A stretch of DNA of 45,351 bases, taken from positions 1-45,351 of IMG/VR virus record IMGVR_UViG_3300048599_000187. One strand, 5' to 3'. Both the position numbers and the translations under genes were made by a program. This stretch comes from a virus. Lineage: Duplodnaviria > Caudoviricetes. Shown here in pieces: positions 35,601-44,359 of the stretch (the stretch's first letter is position 1; every line of letters starts with the position of its first letter). The notes under the pieces were generated by a model. That model had not been told where the DNA came from. It did no database searches and saw only the letters and a list, made by a program, of their open reading frames with translations.

Positions 35601-38600
35601 ATGGGATGGGTTGACACCGCCAACGATCTATACCAAAGAGCAAATTGGCGCGTGGAGACAACTCAACGCTGTGGCTTCTACGTATACACCGCAAAGACGG
35701 TACGAATTTCTGCGGTTGTTGTCTGATATGGTGATACCTAGGGATGTGCTGTACGATAAGAGTCTTGAAATTGATCCAGTTTGGGACGGAAATCTCAGGT
35801 ATGGCGCTGGGATACTGGAGAATATGAAATCGTCAGACACTGAGTTTGTCAACGTCTTTGCTCAAATTATTGTCGCTGGACTGGTATCTGGTGGTAATGG
35901 AGTTAAGACTACACCAGAATCAGTTTTCATGCAGTTACCTGAAGAACAGGTGCTATTTGCCAAGGGTGTATATCGCAGTGTACATGATATGTTGACTGTG
36001 ATTAAACCAGAAATAGAAAGAGTCATACAAGCAATTCATGATACTGGTGTCCGTGACGATTTTAAAGCAACACCGAGTTATTATACTACACAATTAACCT
36101 GGTTAATTGACCGCAGTTATAAAATGCTGGTTTCTAAAGAGCCTGCTAGGTCTTTAGCTAGGGCACAGGCGATAGTAAAAGCCTTGGATGGTAAGGAGTG
36201 GCCTGGGCCTATACCATTTGTGTACTTCCCTAAAATATCTGGGGTGACAACTAGTAAGGATAACGAGATTGAAAGAAATGTTATCCAAGATACTCATGAT
36301 CTGTTTTTCGGGTCAGCTGGTCAAAAAGCTGTTGTAGCACCTTCGTCACCGGTGCCTAATAATCCACAAACTCAGCTATCCTTTAAAGAACCTGATGAAG
36401 ATTTGCCCGTAAAGGTTAATATTGGGTTATACTGGAAAACCTTAGGTCTGGTCCAGCAAAGTTTGGATCACCTCTCCAGACGTGGTTTGCCGCTCGCCAA
36501 CGATCTAGGTGATCTTATGCGCGGGTTTACTCCCATGCAGAACAGGATTATAAATAGCGTGTGGGAGCCGTTTTTGACAGTTAACGGCAAGCCCGATAAG
36601 ACCAACCCGCTGATCACCGCAATAAATGATAAGAGTGTACAAGGTCGGCGAGACGTGGTGACAAGAAATAAGCTAATTGACTGGGCGCAAAAGCACAGTG
36701 AATCACCGCTGGAACAAGATAGTAGTGGTAACTGGCAGCTAACCCAAAAAGCGTCAAAAGATTTTGTAAGTAGTGACGTCAATCAGCGAGTCATTGGCGG
36801 TGTGAAAGCTTTGGAAGATGTCGGGAATAGAACTGGATTAACCATCGTTCACGCCAGACAAGATTCAGTAGCGATTAGAGTTGCGAGACTAATCATGGTT
36901 GTTGAAAGACGCCAAACGAAGTCCGTTCCTTGGGACGTGGCGTATGATAATGCTACTAAAATTGTACAAGGACTGGTGTATAAGCAGCCAGCACTTGTGA
37001 AGCCGTCACTTGGGCAATATTCACCTGATACACAAACGGCGGTGATGGGTATGCTGAGTACTGGATCTAGTAAAACTGGTGCGACTAAGGATAGTTTAAT
37101 TGACAAGCTACAGGAACTAAAAAATCAAGTAATGGCTAAGACCTGGTGGGTTAGTGAACAGCGACCCGGAACGCATTTGGTTATTTCGTGGCAGAATGGA
37201 ACCCGTAAGGTTGACGGGGCACAGAATAAACTAGAAGCATTACGGATTAAGAATCAGCTAGAAGCCGCTGGGTATGACAGGATTTCTATTGTGGACAAGA
37301 GTGAGCATCAAAGAGAGTTGAACCTTGAAGCGCCCGAAGGACTGTTGCTTGATTACAAGCGTCTCGAACAAGAGGCGTTGGATAGGTATTTAACCCAAAA
37401 TCCAAACGGGTTGACAATGGATGAGTTAAATACTTTACGTAACTTTGGCCCAGAACCCGGTATCGCAATAGAAAAAGCGATTGAACAGCGTGGGGTGAAT
37501 AAGTATCTCATTCATCGTCGTGGGGTGCCGTCAGCGTTGGGACTGGATTACGCTGATAATATGCGAGAGTATGTCAGCAAATTGGCTAGTACTGTAGCTA
37601 GACAGCATCTTAGTCAAAAAACCGCGTTAATTCTTAGCGATGACAGGTTGATTGGTCAAGATGAATTAAAGGTCTTCATGGACCATGCATTGAATCAGTT
37701 ATTCACGCCAACCAGTGACCTTGAACGATCGGCAAAGGGTGCGGTTGGCGGATATTATTTGGCTGCCAATCTATCATCTGGCGTGGTTAATATGTTCGAT
37801 GCGGTGAATATATTACCTGAGACTCTTGTAGCTAACGGGGCTGACGTTAGTAAGGCGTACCTGCATGTCTTGCAAGGTATAAAAGACGTCACGTATTTTT
37901 TCCGTAAGGATAATCAAGCACAAATTAACGCAGATTATAAAAACGCACAGTTAAAATTGATGTCTAATCAAAAACTAACACCTGAGGAAACTCGGGCGTA
38001 TGGTTTCATGACAGCGATTAGAAACAAAGCCATTGATAAAGGACTGCTTCAAGATGTGTTTGAAGACCAGGATTTAACCACGTTGATAAAGCGTCAGTTT
38101 GGGTATCGTGGCGAAACCAATATCAGTAGTGCAATGCTATCAAGCGATGGATTGTACAGACTTATTCGTGGTATAGTAGCTATACCTAGGTTTGCACACG
38201 GGTTTAATAACCAAGTGGCCTACATGGCTGGTTTGGAACAAGGTATTGAACAAGGGATGGATATTTATAAAGCCACCCAGCATGCAGATAAGATTAGGTC
38301 CTTAGGAGTGTTTGCTGGCGGCAAGACTAACATGCCTAGTTACATGGGCAGGTATGGAAATGAAAATTCTATACCAATCATGCGAACTTTTCACGTGTTA
38401 CAACAGTATACCTATGGTATATGCGGCCGCTGGATGAACGATCTTAGCGATTCTGTCTCGAATGACCCGGGGTTAACCCCGTTACAGAGGTTACAAGCTA
38501 AGAAGGCCCTTGGGGTACTGACTGCTACTGCTATCACTGTTGCAGGGTTGATGGGATTACCGATAGCTGGGTTGCTGATATTGTCGGATAAAATCTTCGG

Positions 38601-39531
38601 AACCAATTTTGAGGTTGACACCCGCAAAGGTATTGCCTGGCTAGCTGGTGCGGATAAGGATAATACCGGGTTGCGCGGGCTGGTCACTGAAGCTGCTATG
38701 AACGGCGTGCCAAATCAGTTACTCGGTGTTAATATTGGACCACGCGTTGGTGTGGCTAACGCTTTTGGGTTGTCAACGTATAATGGGTTTAACCTTACCG
38801 ACATGGTAGCAGCCGCGTCGGTAGTGTCTCAAATCTCTCAGGGCCTAGGGGAGTTAGCACAGGGCGAAACACAAAAAGGCGCCACTGATTTGGCGCCTGC
38901 GTTTCTAAAAAGAGCGGTCAATACCGCGTTTAATAAAACCAAGTATGGGGATTATAAATTACGTGATCCTCAGGGTAAAGAGTTAATGAGCCCAACGGGG
39001 TATCAGTTGCTATCGTACCTCAGCGGATTCAATCCGTCACAAATGTCCGAACAGCAGAGGTTGAGACTACTGGTACAAAATTCCAATAAGCAGTTTGAAC
39101 AGGAGCAAACTCGTTTAAAAGACGATGCGGCTGCAAAGTTATTGAGAGGCGATCGCGGTCCAGCTCAGAGTTTAGCGCAGAAAGAGTTGAGAGAGAACCC
39201 ACACCAACTTTTGTCTGACCCAACTGCGCCGATGAGGTCAATTGCAAATAGAGCTGCTGAGCTGAGTCAACCTCGTGATCCGCTAGCTGCCGTTCCGTTT
39301 GGTAACTCTCGACAAGCGTTAGAAATCGCACAAACTTTCCCAAAAGCAAGTATTCCCCAACGGTCGGAATTGGAGTTTGCAAAAGACAAAATCTCAATAC
39401 AAGCTCAAACCGGTTCTTTGGAGCCTGAGCCGGCGAAGGTTGTGACTCACGCTGCAATGATTGATTTGCTGGTTCAGAAGGGCATGACAAAAGCTCAAGC
39501 TGAACGGGTGGTTGAAACTCTTGGGTTGTAG
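32692..39531 (+). CDS. Giant internal virion/polyvalent protein (~2279 aa) with an HExxH motif
   Basis: Start set to ATG 32692; Gly/Ala-rich N-terminal helices; VLGHELVHDI (HELVH at 35563-35577); last late gene. Confidence 0.75.
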   Translation: MDNLNIASLVNPDTTLPVIDDEKSKYQKWLAQNPNGPPVDFATWRAGTAQSVQNAPQLTEIPKPSLQDYIKGIGNALFSPGYTEPGITTTKGNDIEGTVTSPTQQVGLLGNESALSGEAAKTIVSPADALFGTGTKIQDVAQQVGESMPRFVGAAAVGGVPGMIADAGAQRYGETGSAAQAALGAGETALTLGLAKYGGQAGERFVSDQLTKLISPEATDVVGQTLNRGLANEALAGSMPRVGHVAGAVTGGVSGIELGHQIETGGSNPFTVENIASDVLGGAMMAVPESISAFRSGPNVQGARSLLDRLYGNKTEPAFSTETPDMQFQKLLGQSVSTTDIDPQWRRGLVVTGLQNLGKVIDPQERASQLSQLTEAVIQSRDWSGLETQADTGAKMAYIAPPTDAAGLAKLVQQVNGLKSDVLNKLDEMVASGETNSISSTAYKQLAEQGFLKETIDLNWLQKNYDENLQRSLSNSDTNAYSMLVQQLANRQIILAEVAKEARGEMLTRKSIESPELTSSKLEDRRVITNFFDTVSKIQNPEILGQLYDRFNYQESLDNSKNFGTTPKYMNEVTEVVNKIAAGKTPEQLASVDWLNTPVTVQKRSVNYEGGVETRTLHDETVTLGDYLSKDEFGVYTRKVYGRPEGQSQREIAAGIQPPHAALEKVQDLNQSSTWAETADKVRTQISSIDDKTAWSKLVAPALMGDRQLRSDVVARLSPIAKDLVMAIFEAGPKVTGGEEGSRILGEAGKRILSAFGGSTLKDRSEYGQLVKRLNDIFGQGGRDAGQVRQEIIRRAAEMAGVKGPEIEATGESQASGTGKTSVGLIKQGITGPTENEFKLSQPKRLEISNAEQDLYRTLRRGFLNLGLEPELVDRNTTIGLQILNNINNPDIKFVRLSPRNAYPNSNEAGTLTRDDMFIAGVHGKISDSPVIGLAVEHTSGQAPKELAVAHLLGVLGHELVHDIQKQAEEWDGLTPPTIYTKEQIGAWRQLNAVASTYTPQRRYEFLRLLSDMVIPRDVLYDKSLEIDPVWDGNLRYGAGILENMKSSDTEFVNVFAQIIVAGLVSGGNGVKTTPESVFMQLPEEQVLFAKGVYRSVHDMLTVIKPEIERVIQAIHDTGVRDDFKATPSYYTTQLTWLIDRSYKMLVSKEPARSLARAQAIVKALDGKEWPGPIPFVYFPKISGVTTSKDNEIERNVIQDTHDLFFGSAGQKAVVAPSSPVPNNPQTQLSFKEPDEDLPVKVNIGLYWKTLGLVQQSLDHLSRRGLPLANDLGDLMRGFTPMQNRIINSVWEPFLTVNGKPDKTNPLITAINDKSVQGRRDVVTRNKLIDWAQKHSESPLEQDSSGNWQLTQKASKDFVSSDVNQRVIGGVKALEDVGNRTGLTIVHARQDSVAIRVARLIMVVERRQTKSVPWDVAYDNATKIVQGLVYKQPALVKPSLGQYSPDTQTAVMGMLSTGSSKTGATKDSLIDKLQELKNQVMAKTWWVSEQRPGTHLVISWQNGTRKVDGAQNKLEALRIKNQLEAAGYDRISIVDKSEHQRELNLEAPEGLLLDYKRLEQEALDRYLTQNPNGLTMDELNTLRNFGPEPGIAIEKAIEQRGVNKYLIHRRGVPSALGLDYADNMREYVSKLASTVARQHLSQKTALILSDDRLIGQDELKVFMDHALNQLFTPTSDLERSAKGAVGGYYLAANLSSGVVNMFDAVNILPETLVANGADVSKAYLHVLQGIKDVTYFFRKDNQAQINADYKNAQLKLMSNQKLTPEETRAYGFMTAIRNKAIDKGLLQDVFEDQDLTTLIKRQFGYRGETNISSAMLSSDGLYRLIRGIVAIPRFAHGFNNQVAYMAGLEQGIEQGMDIYKATQHADKIRSLGVFAGGKTNMPSYMGRYGNENSIPIMRTFHVLQQYTYGICGRWMNDLSDSVSNDPGLTPLQRLQAKKALGVLTATAITVAGLMGLPIAGLLILSDKIFGTNFEVDTRKGIAWLAGADKDNTGLRGLVTEAAMNGVPNQLLGVNIGPRVGVANAFGLSTYNGFNLTDMVAAASVVSQISQGLGELAQGETQKGATDLAPAFLKRAVNTAFNKTKYGDYKLRDPQGKELMSPTGYQLLSYLSGFNPSQMSEQQRLRLLVQNSNKQFEQEQTRLKDDAAAKLLRGDRGPAQSLAQKELRENPHQLLSDPTAPMRSIANRAAELSQPRDPLAAVPFGNSRQALEIAQTFPKASIPQRSELEFAKDKISIQAQTGSLEPEPAKVVTHAAMIDLLVQKGMTKAQAERVVETLGL

Positions 39532-40296
39532 TCATTTATCGGTCCTCCAGCGGTTGAAGTTTGGGTGACGTAACGAGCCACTTTTAAATCGAAGTTTGGC
39601 GGTTACTTCAAACCACGTGTTTTGGTATCTAGGTTGGTTGGCCCAAATTTCAATTCGTTGGGAGTCTGTAAAACCACCCCCAACTTTGACGGTTACGCCA
39701 GTGAAGGTTTTACCAATTATGGCTCCAAGCATACCAGTAAGGCGGCCAGTGCCTTCGATGAAACCGATGGCTAGGAGGTCTTCGGTAACGGTACGTTTTT
39801 CACGTATGATGGGGTCGCTAAAGTCGCCAACAGAACGACGGTAGACTACACCTTCAAAAGCTTCCGTGGCAACTTGTGAATCCCACAAAGCCTTGGCTTG
39901 GTTGATGGGGTAACATTGAACCAATTTAAAAGCGAATGGCAACTTCAGGTGAATTATTTGAAGGATCTTGTATCGTTCTCGGTATGGGTAGCTTCTGATG
40001 TCGGCGTTGTTGTAACAAATACAGTCGAAAAGGTATTTGTATCCAAGCCAGACTGAATCTATGGCCCATTGGGTACCGAGTAGGTTTTCCCCAAGAAGTG
40101 TAGCTTTTTCGTTACCAAAGGGTGAGGGGTAGCCATATTCGTATACACGATTCGATGACGAAAAATGGTCGATTCCGAGTGAGGAAAATTCCATTCGGTC
40201 GAACCAGCCGTCGTACTTTAACTGAACAATGTCGCAGCCCCTTTCAAGGGCGTTGGCTAAAGTGCCATCTTTGTAGGTTTGTTCTATAAAAGCCAT
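39532..40296 (-). CDS. ATP-dependent DNA ligase
   Basis: Motif I QLKYDG, FEGVVYR, OB-fold VKVGGGFTDSQR and GSLRHPNF..WRTDK. Confidence 0.93.
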   Translation of the reverse strand: MAFIEQTYKDGTLANALERGCDIVQLKYDGWFDRMEFSSLGIDHFSSSNRVYEYGYPSPFGNEKATLLGENLLGTQWAIDSVWLGYKYLFDCICYNNADIRSYPYRERYKILQIIHLKLPFAFKLVQCYPINQAKALWDSQVATEAFEGVVYRRSVGDFSDPIIREKRTVTEDLLAIGFIEGTGRLTGMLGAIIGKTFTGVTVKVGGGFTDSQRIEIWANQPRYQNTWFEVTAKLRFKSGSLRHPNFNRWRTDK

Positions 40297-40323
40297 GGTG
40301 TGTATTAGTTATTGATCCTTACT
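40297..40323 (-). promoter_or_regulatory. 27-bp dyad motif, copy 7
   Basis: AGT AAGG ATCA ATAAC TAAT ACAC ACC, directly followed by the ligase ATG; 22/27 identical to the terS copy. Confidence 0.65.
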
Positions 40324-41536
40324 CGACAAGACGGATAACAACTCGTTTTATGGGGTTGTTAGGTATTGACTCTTGCATGCGCTCAATTTTACCTGTTTCT
40401 TCGAGATGCTTAAATATCTGGTCCATTTCAAGCCAGTTAGCTTCGTTAAAGAACATTGCTCGAAGCTGTTTTTCTGGAGTGGCGCGGACTTTGAAAACTA
40501 GGTCGCCATTTTTGTAGTCCCGCATGGGCAAGGCACGAAGGACTTCGATGACTTTGTTGGCGACTGGGTTAAGTTCGTTACGACCAAGACCAGCGAAGAC
40601 CTTACCCATGTTGACTTCGGCAAGACCTAGAAGGTCCAGGGCGAATTGCAAATTGTCAACGGTGATAACACGGTCTAGTTTTTCAGATAAAGAAATCAAC
40701 GTGGCGATTTTGAGAAGCTGTGCGTGCTTGGATTCAAAGTACCCAACCAGCATTGGGTGTGGCGCTGGACGGTTAAAGTTTTGACAATACCAGTTCTCAT
40801 AAAATGCCTTAGCATCCGGGGACCAAATCATCGGACCTCGAACTGTTTCCTTAATCTTTTTCGCATGAGCCATGAGTTCTTGCCAACCGCGTTCCATTGT
40901 GGGAGTTAAAACTGGAATGGGTATTGGAGAACCTTTTGTTGACTCGTAAACAAAAATAGCTCGGCGACTAAAGCCGCCAGAGATGACGTCCTGTTTGAGA
41001 TAAATAGTTATCCAGTCTGGCGTGGTACAGGCAAGAAGACATAGGTAAGGGCCGTTAATAACGGAGTCGCCTTTGTTTTTTGTACGGATGTCGTAGTAGT
41101 CCTGGTCGTAAATGGTGGTAAGAAAGTTTATCATACCGAGGCCACCGGCGCCGAGAAACTCGGATAGCTCGGTAACGACACAGGTCATGGGAGAAAAGAC
41201 TTTAAATTTGTCGTACTCCTTTGGCATGTCTTTTATTACACATTCTGAAGCGGCCACGTCAAGGACCAGCTTTTCTTTGGTAACGCACTCGGCTGAGAAC
41301 GGAAGACCCAAGGCACGAATAATGTTCTTGGCTGGGGTCATAGCGGTAGTTTTACGATTACCACTGGGGCCGACAAGGACTACGTAAAGGTTTGGGGTAT
41401 AGTTAAACGACCCCATGTCTACCCAAACGCGACGTCCCACAATTGAGGATAGTGCAATAAGACCAGAGAATATATGATACGTCGGATGCGCTTCGTTGCC
41501 GGAGGAATAATCACGGTAAGCTGAAAGAAATGACAT
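40319..41536 (-). CDS. P-loop replicative helicase-like protein (DUF3987/YfjI-like)
   Basis: PNLYVVLVGPSGNRKTTA (Walker A), VTELSEFL, LLACTTP and GGFSRR; adjacent to the polymerase. Confidence 0.75.
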   Translation of the reverse strand: MSFLSAYRDYSSGNEAHPTYHIFSGLIALSSIVGRRVWVDMGSFNYTPNLYVVLVGPSGNRKTTAMTPAKNIIRALGLPFSAECVTKEKLVLDVAASECVIKDMPKEYDKFKVFSPMTCVVTELSEFLGAGGLGMINFLTTIYDQDYYDIRTKNKGDSVINGPYLCLLACTTPDWITIYLKQDVISGGFSRRAIFVYESTKGSPIPIPVLTPTMERGWQELMAHAKKIKETVRGPMIWSPDAKAFYENWYCQNFNRPAPHPMLVGYFESKHAQLLKIATLISLSEKLDRVITVDNLQFALDLLGLAEVNMGKVFAGLGRNELNPVANKVIEVLRALPMRDYKNGDLVFKVRATPEKQLRAMFFNEANWLEMDQIFKHLEETGKIERMQESIPNNPIKRVVIRLVE

Positions 41537-41540
41537 GATG

Positions 41541-44150
41541 TTATTCGATTAAATCGTGTTTTGTGTCGAGCCATGAAGTTCCCCACCCACCGTCGGCTGG
41601 AATAGAAATAGGGATGTTATGGACGGTGAGAGTGGTGCCGAAGTAGGATCGAAGCTTTCGATGCGCCCATTTTCGTATTGAAGAGTGATTTTGACCGGCA
41701 AGTGCGTCATGGATTTGGAGTAGTGGATCGCAAAACAGCCACCCTGTTGACTGGCGATTGTTAGGGTCGTTCCAAAGGTTTTTAAGAGCGGCATTGGTAC
41801 AGTAGGTTGTGTTGGCCTGTGGTTCAAAAGCAGCGGCTTGACGGACTATATCATCTTCAATATTAAAACAATTGCGGATACTGAAGAACTTGCGGCGGAT
41901 GCCACAAGCAGCGATAATGACACCATCTCTAGCAAGCGTCGTTCGAATCCAATTATTCCTTTCTTGGGGTTTGTACCGTAGCTTGTATAAGTGTTGGTAA
42001 ATACTAGCCTCCCGATCTGTAAGATCGACCAGGCCATCAGAGTCAACAAAGACCAGAGTTGATATAGTAGCGGGCTTTGCGTCATAGTTAGTGCCATGTT
42101 GAACTTTTTTACAAACGTCATATTTCCAATCGCCAGGCCGACCTGCAGAGTCTCGTTTACTTGAAGGTGGGATTTCGATTGAGTTTACTAATTGCTTTAA
42201 TTGTGGACGAGAAAGGTTGTTGATTGTGGAGGGATCGCGACCAGCTTCATATTCTTGAAGTAGTGCCATAAGAACTTTAGCAGGTTTGATACCTGCAAGA
42301 AGATCTTCTAGCATGGTGGGGACTCCTAAAGCTGCTAGGTCTGCAGCAACGGTCCAGGCGTCAGCGCCACGGAGGTCGAATTGCCAGAAGTCGTACTGGT
42401 CGGTATCTGGGATAAAGCAGTCCCGCAGGTCTTTAGTAACGTTTTGAAGATTGGTACCAGTGTTTTCCCAGATAGTCGGGTCTTCATCAGATGGTTGCAT
42501 AGCCATTGATTCGCGAGCACTGAGACGACCAGTGTTGGTGCCGACAATATCAAGAGCGGTTCGAATACGACCGTCTGAGTTGCAGGTGAGCTTTTCAATG
42601 TCAGATAGACGAGTGCGCTTACGTATGGCTTGTATAATAAGACGAAGCGTGGGGTTTCTGTCCTTGGCGTAACAGCGAAGGATGGTCTCTTCGTCGGTGA
42701 CAGGACCCCAGCGACCCGAGGGTTTGTATCCGAGGTAAGTATACAGCAACCACTGTTTTTGCTTCGTGGATTTTACGTTGAATTCGTAGGGATCGGTTTT
42801 ACGCTTGCGGGTTAGAACGCCAGCGTCAAGTGCGGGACCACAGAGTGCTTCATTAACCTTGTTTTGTAGGTCTTGAAGCTCGTTGGATTCACGTTGCCTG
42901 TGGTAGGCAAGCCGTTCGAGATCAAGTCGACAACCACGAAGATTGAGGTAGGTAATCGGGGAGGTTATGGATACGTTAAACCTGTAGTGCTCCAAGCTTC
43001 TCGGGGTTTTGGAGAGTTCTAAATTGATGGTGTTTTTAGATTCTTCAGTAACGGCGGAATCTTTGAAGTTGTATTCGAGTTTGACAATCGGATCTGACGC
43101 TAGGCGGTCGTCTTTATAGTAGGGTTCTAGGGTACAGAGAGAACTGACAACCCCCAGATTTTTCTTGGAGTGAGCTAGCCCTTTATTTTTGTTTCCAAGA
43201 CCCTCGTCGTCTTTGCGACCGGCAAGCTCTGGGTATAGTTCCCAAAAGCCCAGCATGGAGTCATCTGACCAGCCACACAGGAGACATTTGTGCCGCCAAA
43301 CAAAAACAAAGTATTCGTAAAAGCCGTTATGACAGGTTTTACGACAAGAGGAATCGGCGAGGTAGTTAGATAGGTGTTGCCAAACGATTAGCTCCTCGCT
43401 TTCGGACCAGTAATTTTCCCCCTTAGACCAGAAGGGGATGACGAAACCAGAATAAGGGTCCGGGCAGATTGACATACAGGTAATACCCGTACTATCTGGG
43501 TAGCCTTCGATGTCTAGACTAGCTGGGGTATGATTTAATCGAAGAGTGTCAAGAAAAGTGATAACCTGGGATAGGGTCGGTTGTATGTTACCAATGCGTT
43601 TAATCGCACGAAGCTCGGGATATTTAGACTGCTCAACAGCTCTCGCTAGGTCAAATTTAAAAAAGGGCAGGTCTGAGTAAGACTTGAGTATATATGATGG
43701 ATCTTGTGCAAAGACTACTTTGTATCCCCAGACCGACGTTGTGACACTTCCGCGCCAGTTAGAAATCGGTATGGACCAAGGGCCTCGTACAGTTTGGTAG
43801 CACAAATCGGGACGAAGCAAACGCATGGGAGTCCGTCCAAGGGACAAGATGCAATTCGGTTTGAAGGCGTCGAGGTCCCGTCTGAGTTGGTTGATGTCGT
43901 CGAATAGTGGGTAATGATCCCAGGAGGTAGATTCAAGTTCATTTGGAGGTATGACATGCTGGCAAACATAAGCTAAAAGAACCTGGTCAGTGGAAAGCTT
44001 GCATTGACCAAGAATAGCTTTGAGGAGTTTACCAGCTGAGTCAACAAATGGGGTTTTAACTAGGTCCTCCTCTTCGCCAGGGCAGTCGCCAATGATGGCT
44101 AGGCGACAGAAGGGGTGAGTTATAGTTGGGAACTGATTAAGAACGCTCAT
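41541..44150 (-). CDS. polA: Family A DNA polymerase with N-terminal UDG-like and 3'-5' exonuclease domains
   Basis: UDG-like IIGDCPGEEED..TPFVDSAGKLL; exonuclease LDIEG, HNG and YNFKD; TNTGRLS and NLQN; motif A DLRGAD, motif B KKVQHGTNY, motif C QIHDAL. Confidence 0.92.
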   Translation of the reverse strand: MSVLNQFPTITHPFCRLAIIGDCPGEEEDLVKTPFVDSAGKLLKAILGQCKLSTDQVLLAYVCQHVIPPNELESTSWDHYPLFDDINQLRRDLDAFKPNCILSLGRTPMRLLRPDLCYQTVRGPWSIPISNWRGSVTTSVWGYKVVFAQDPSYILKSYSDLPFFKFDLARAVEQSKYPELRAIKRIGNIQPTLSQVITFLDTLRLNHTPASLDIEGYPDSTGITCMSICPDPYSGFVIPFWSKGENYWSESEELIVWQHLSNYLADSSCRKTCHNGFYEYFVFVWRHKCLLCGWSDDSMLGFWELYPELAGRKDDEGLGNKNKGLAHSKKNLGVVSSLCTLEPYYKDDRLASDPIVKLEYNFKDSAVTEESKNTINLELSKTPRSLEHYRFNVSITSPITYLNLRGCRLDLERLAYHRQRESNELQDLQNKVNEALCGPALDAGVLTRKRKTDPYEFNVKSTKQKQWLLYTYLGYKPSGRWGPVTDEETILRCYAKDRNPTLRLIIQAIRKRTRLSDIEKLTCNSDGRIRTALDIVGTNTGRLSARESMAMQPSDEDPTIWENTGTNLQNVTKDLRDCFIPDTDQYDFWQFDLRGADAWTVAADLAALGVPTMLEDLLAGIKPAKVLMALLQEYEAGRDPSTINNLSRPQLKQLVNSIEIPPSSKRDSAGRPGDWKYDVCKKVQHGTNYDAKPATISTLVFVDSDGLVDLTDREASIYQHLYKLRYKPQERNNWIRTTLARDGVIIAACGIRRKFFSIRNCFNIEDDIVRQAAAFEPQANTTYCTNAALKNLWNDPNNRQSTGWLFCDPLLQIHDALAGQNHSSIRKWAHRKLRSYFGTTLTVHNIPISIPADGGWGTSWLDTKHDLIE

Positions 44151-44353
44151 AGAGAAATCTCGTCTCTGGTAACATCAGCGACAATGATTCTGGCGGACAA
44201 CGGAAGGTCTTTAATTTGGATGGTTTCGCCATTACTACGACCGGGTAGGAAACGATAACAGGCGGTGACGTGATAGGAGGGAAAGTCAGGATCTATTTTA
44301 GCGAAGGTGACAATATAGGTGCCGGATGAGTCTGTGACTTTAATAGCATGCAT
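44147..44353 (-). CDS. Small hypothetical protein
   Basis: 68 aa; ccaccATG start and ATGA overlap with the polymerase. Confidence 0.65.
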   Translation of the reverse strand: MHAIKVTDSSGTYIVTFAKIDPDFPSYHVTACYRFLPGRSNGETIQIKDLPLSARIIVADVTRDEISL

Positions 44354-44359
44354 GGTGGG

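Noticed and set aside
32692-39531. Virion RNA polymerase (N4- or crAss-like)
   Set aside because: No DxDGD or single-subunit RNAP motifs recognised; a structure search is needed to exclude it fully.
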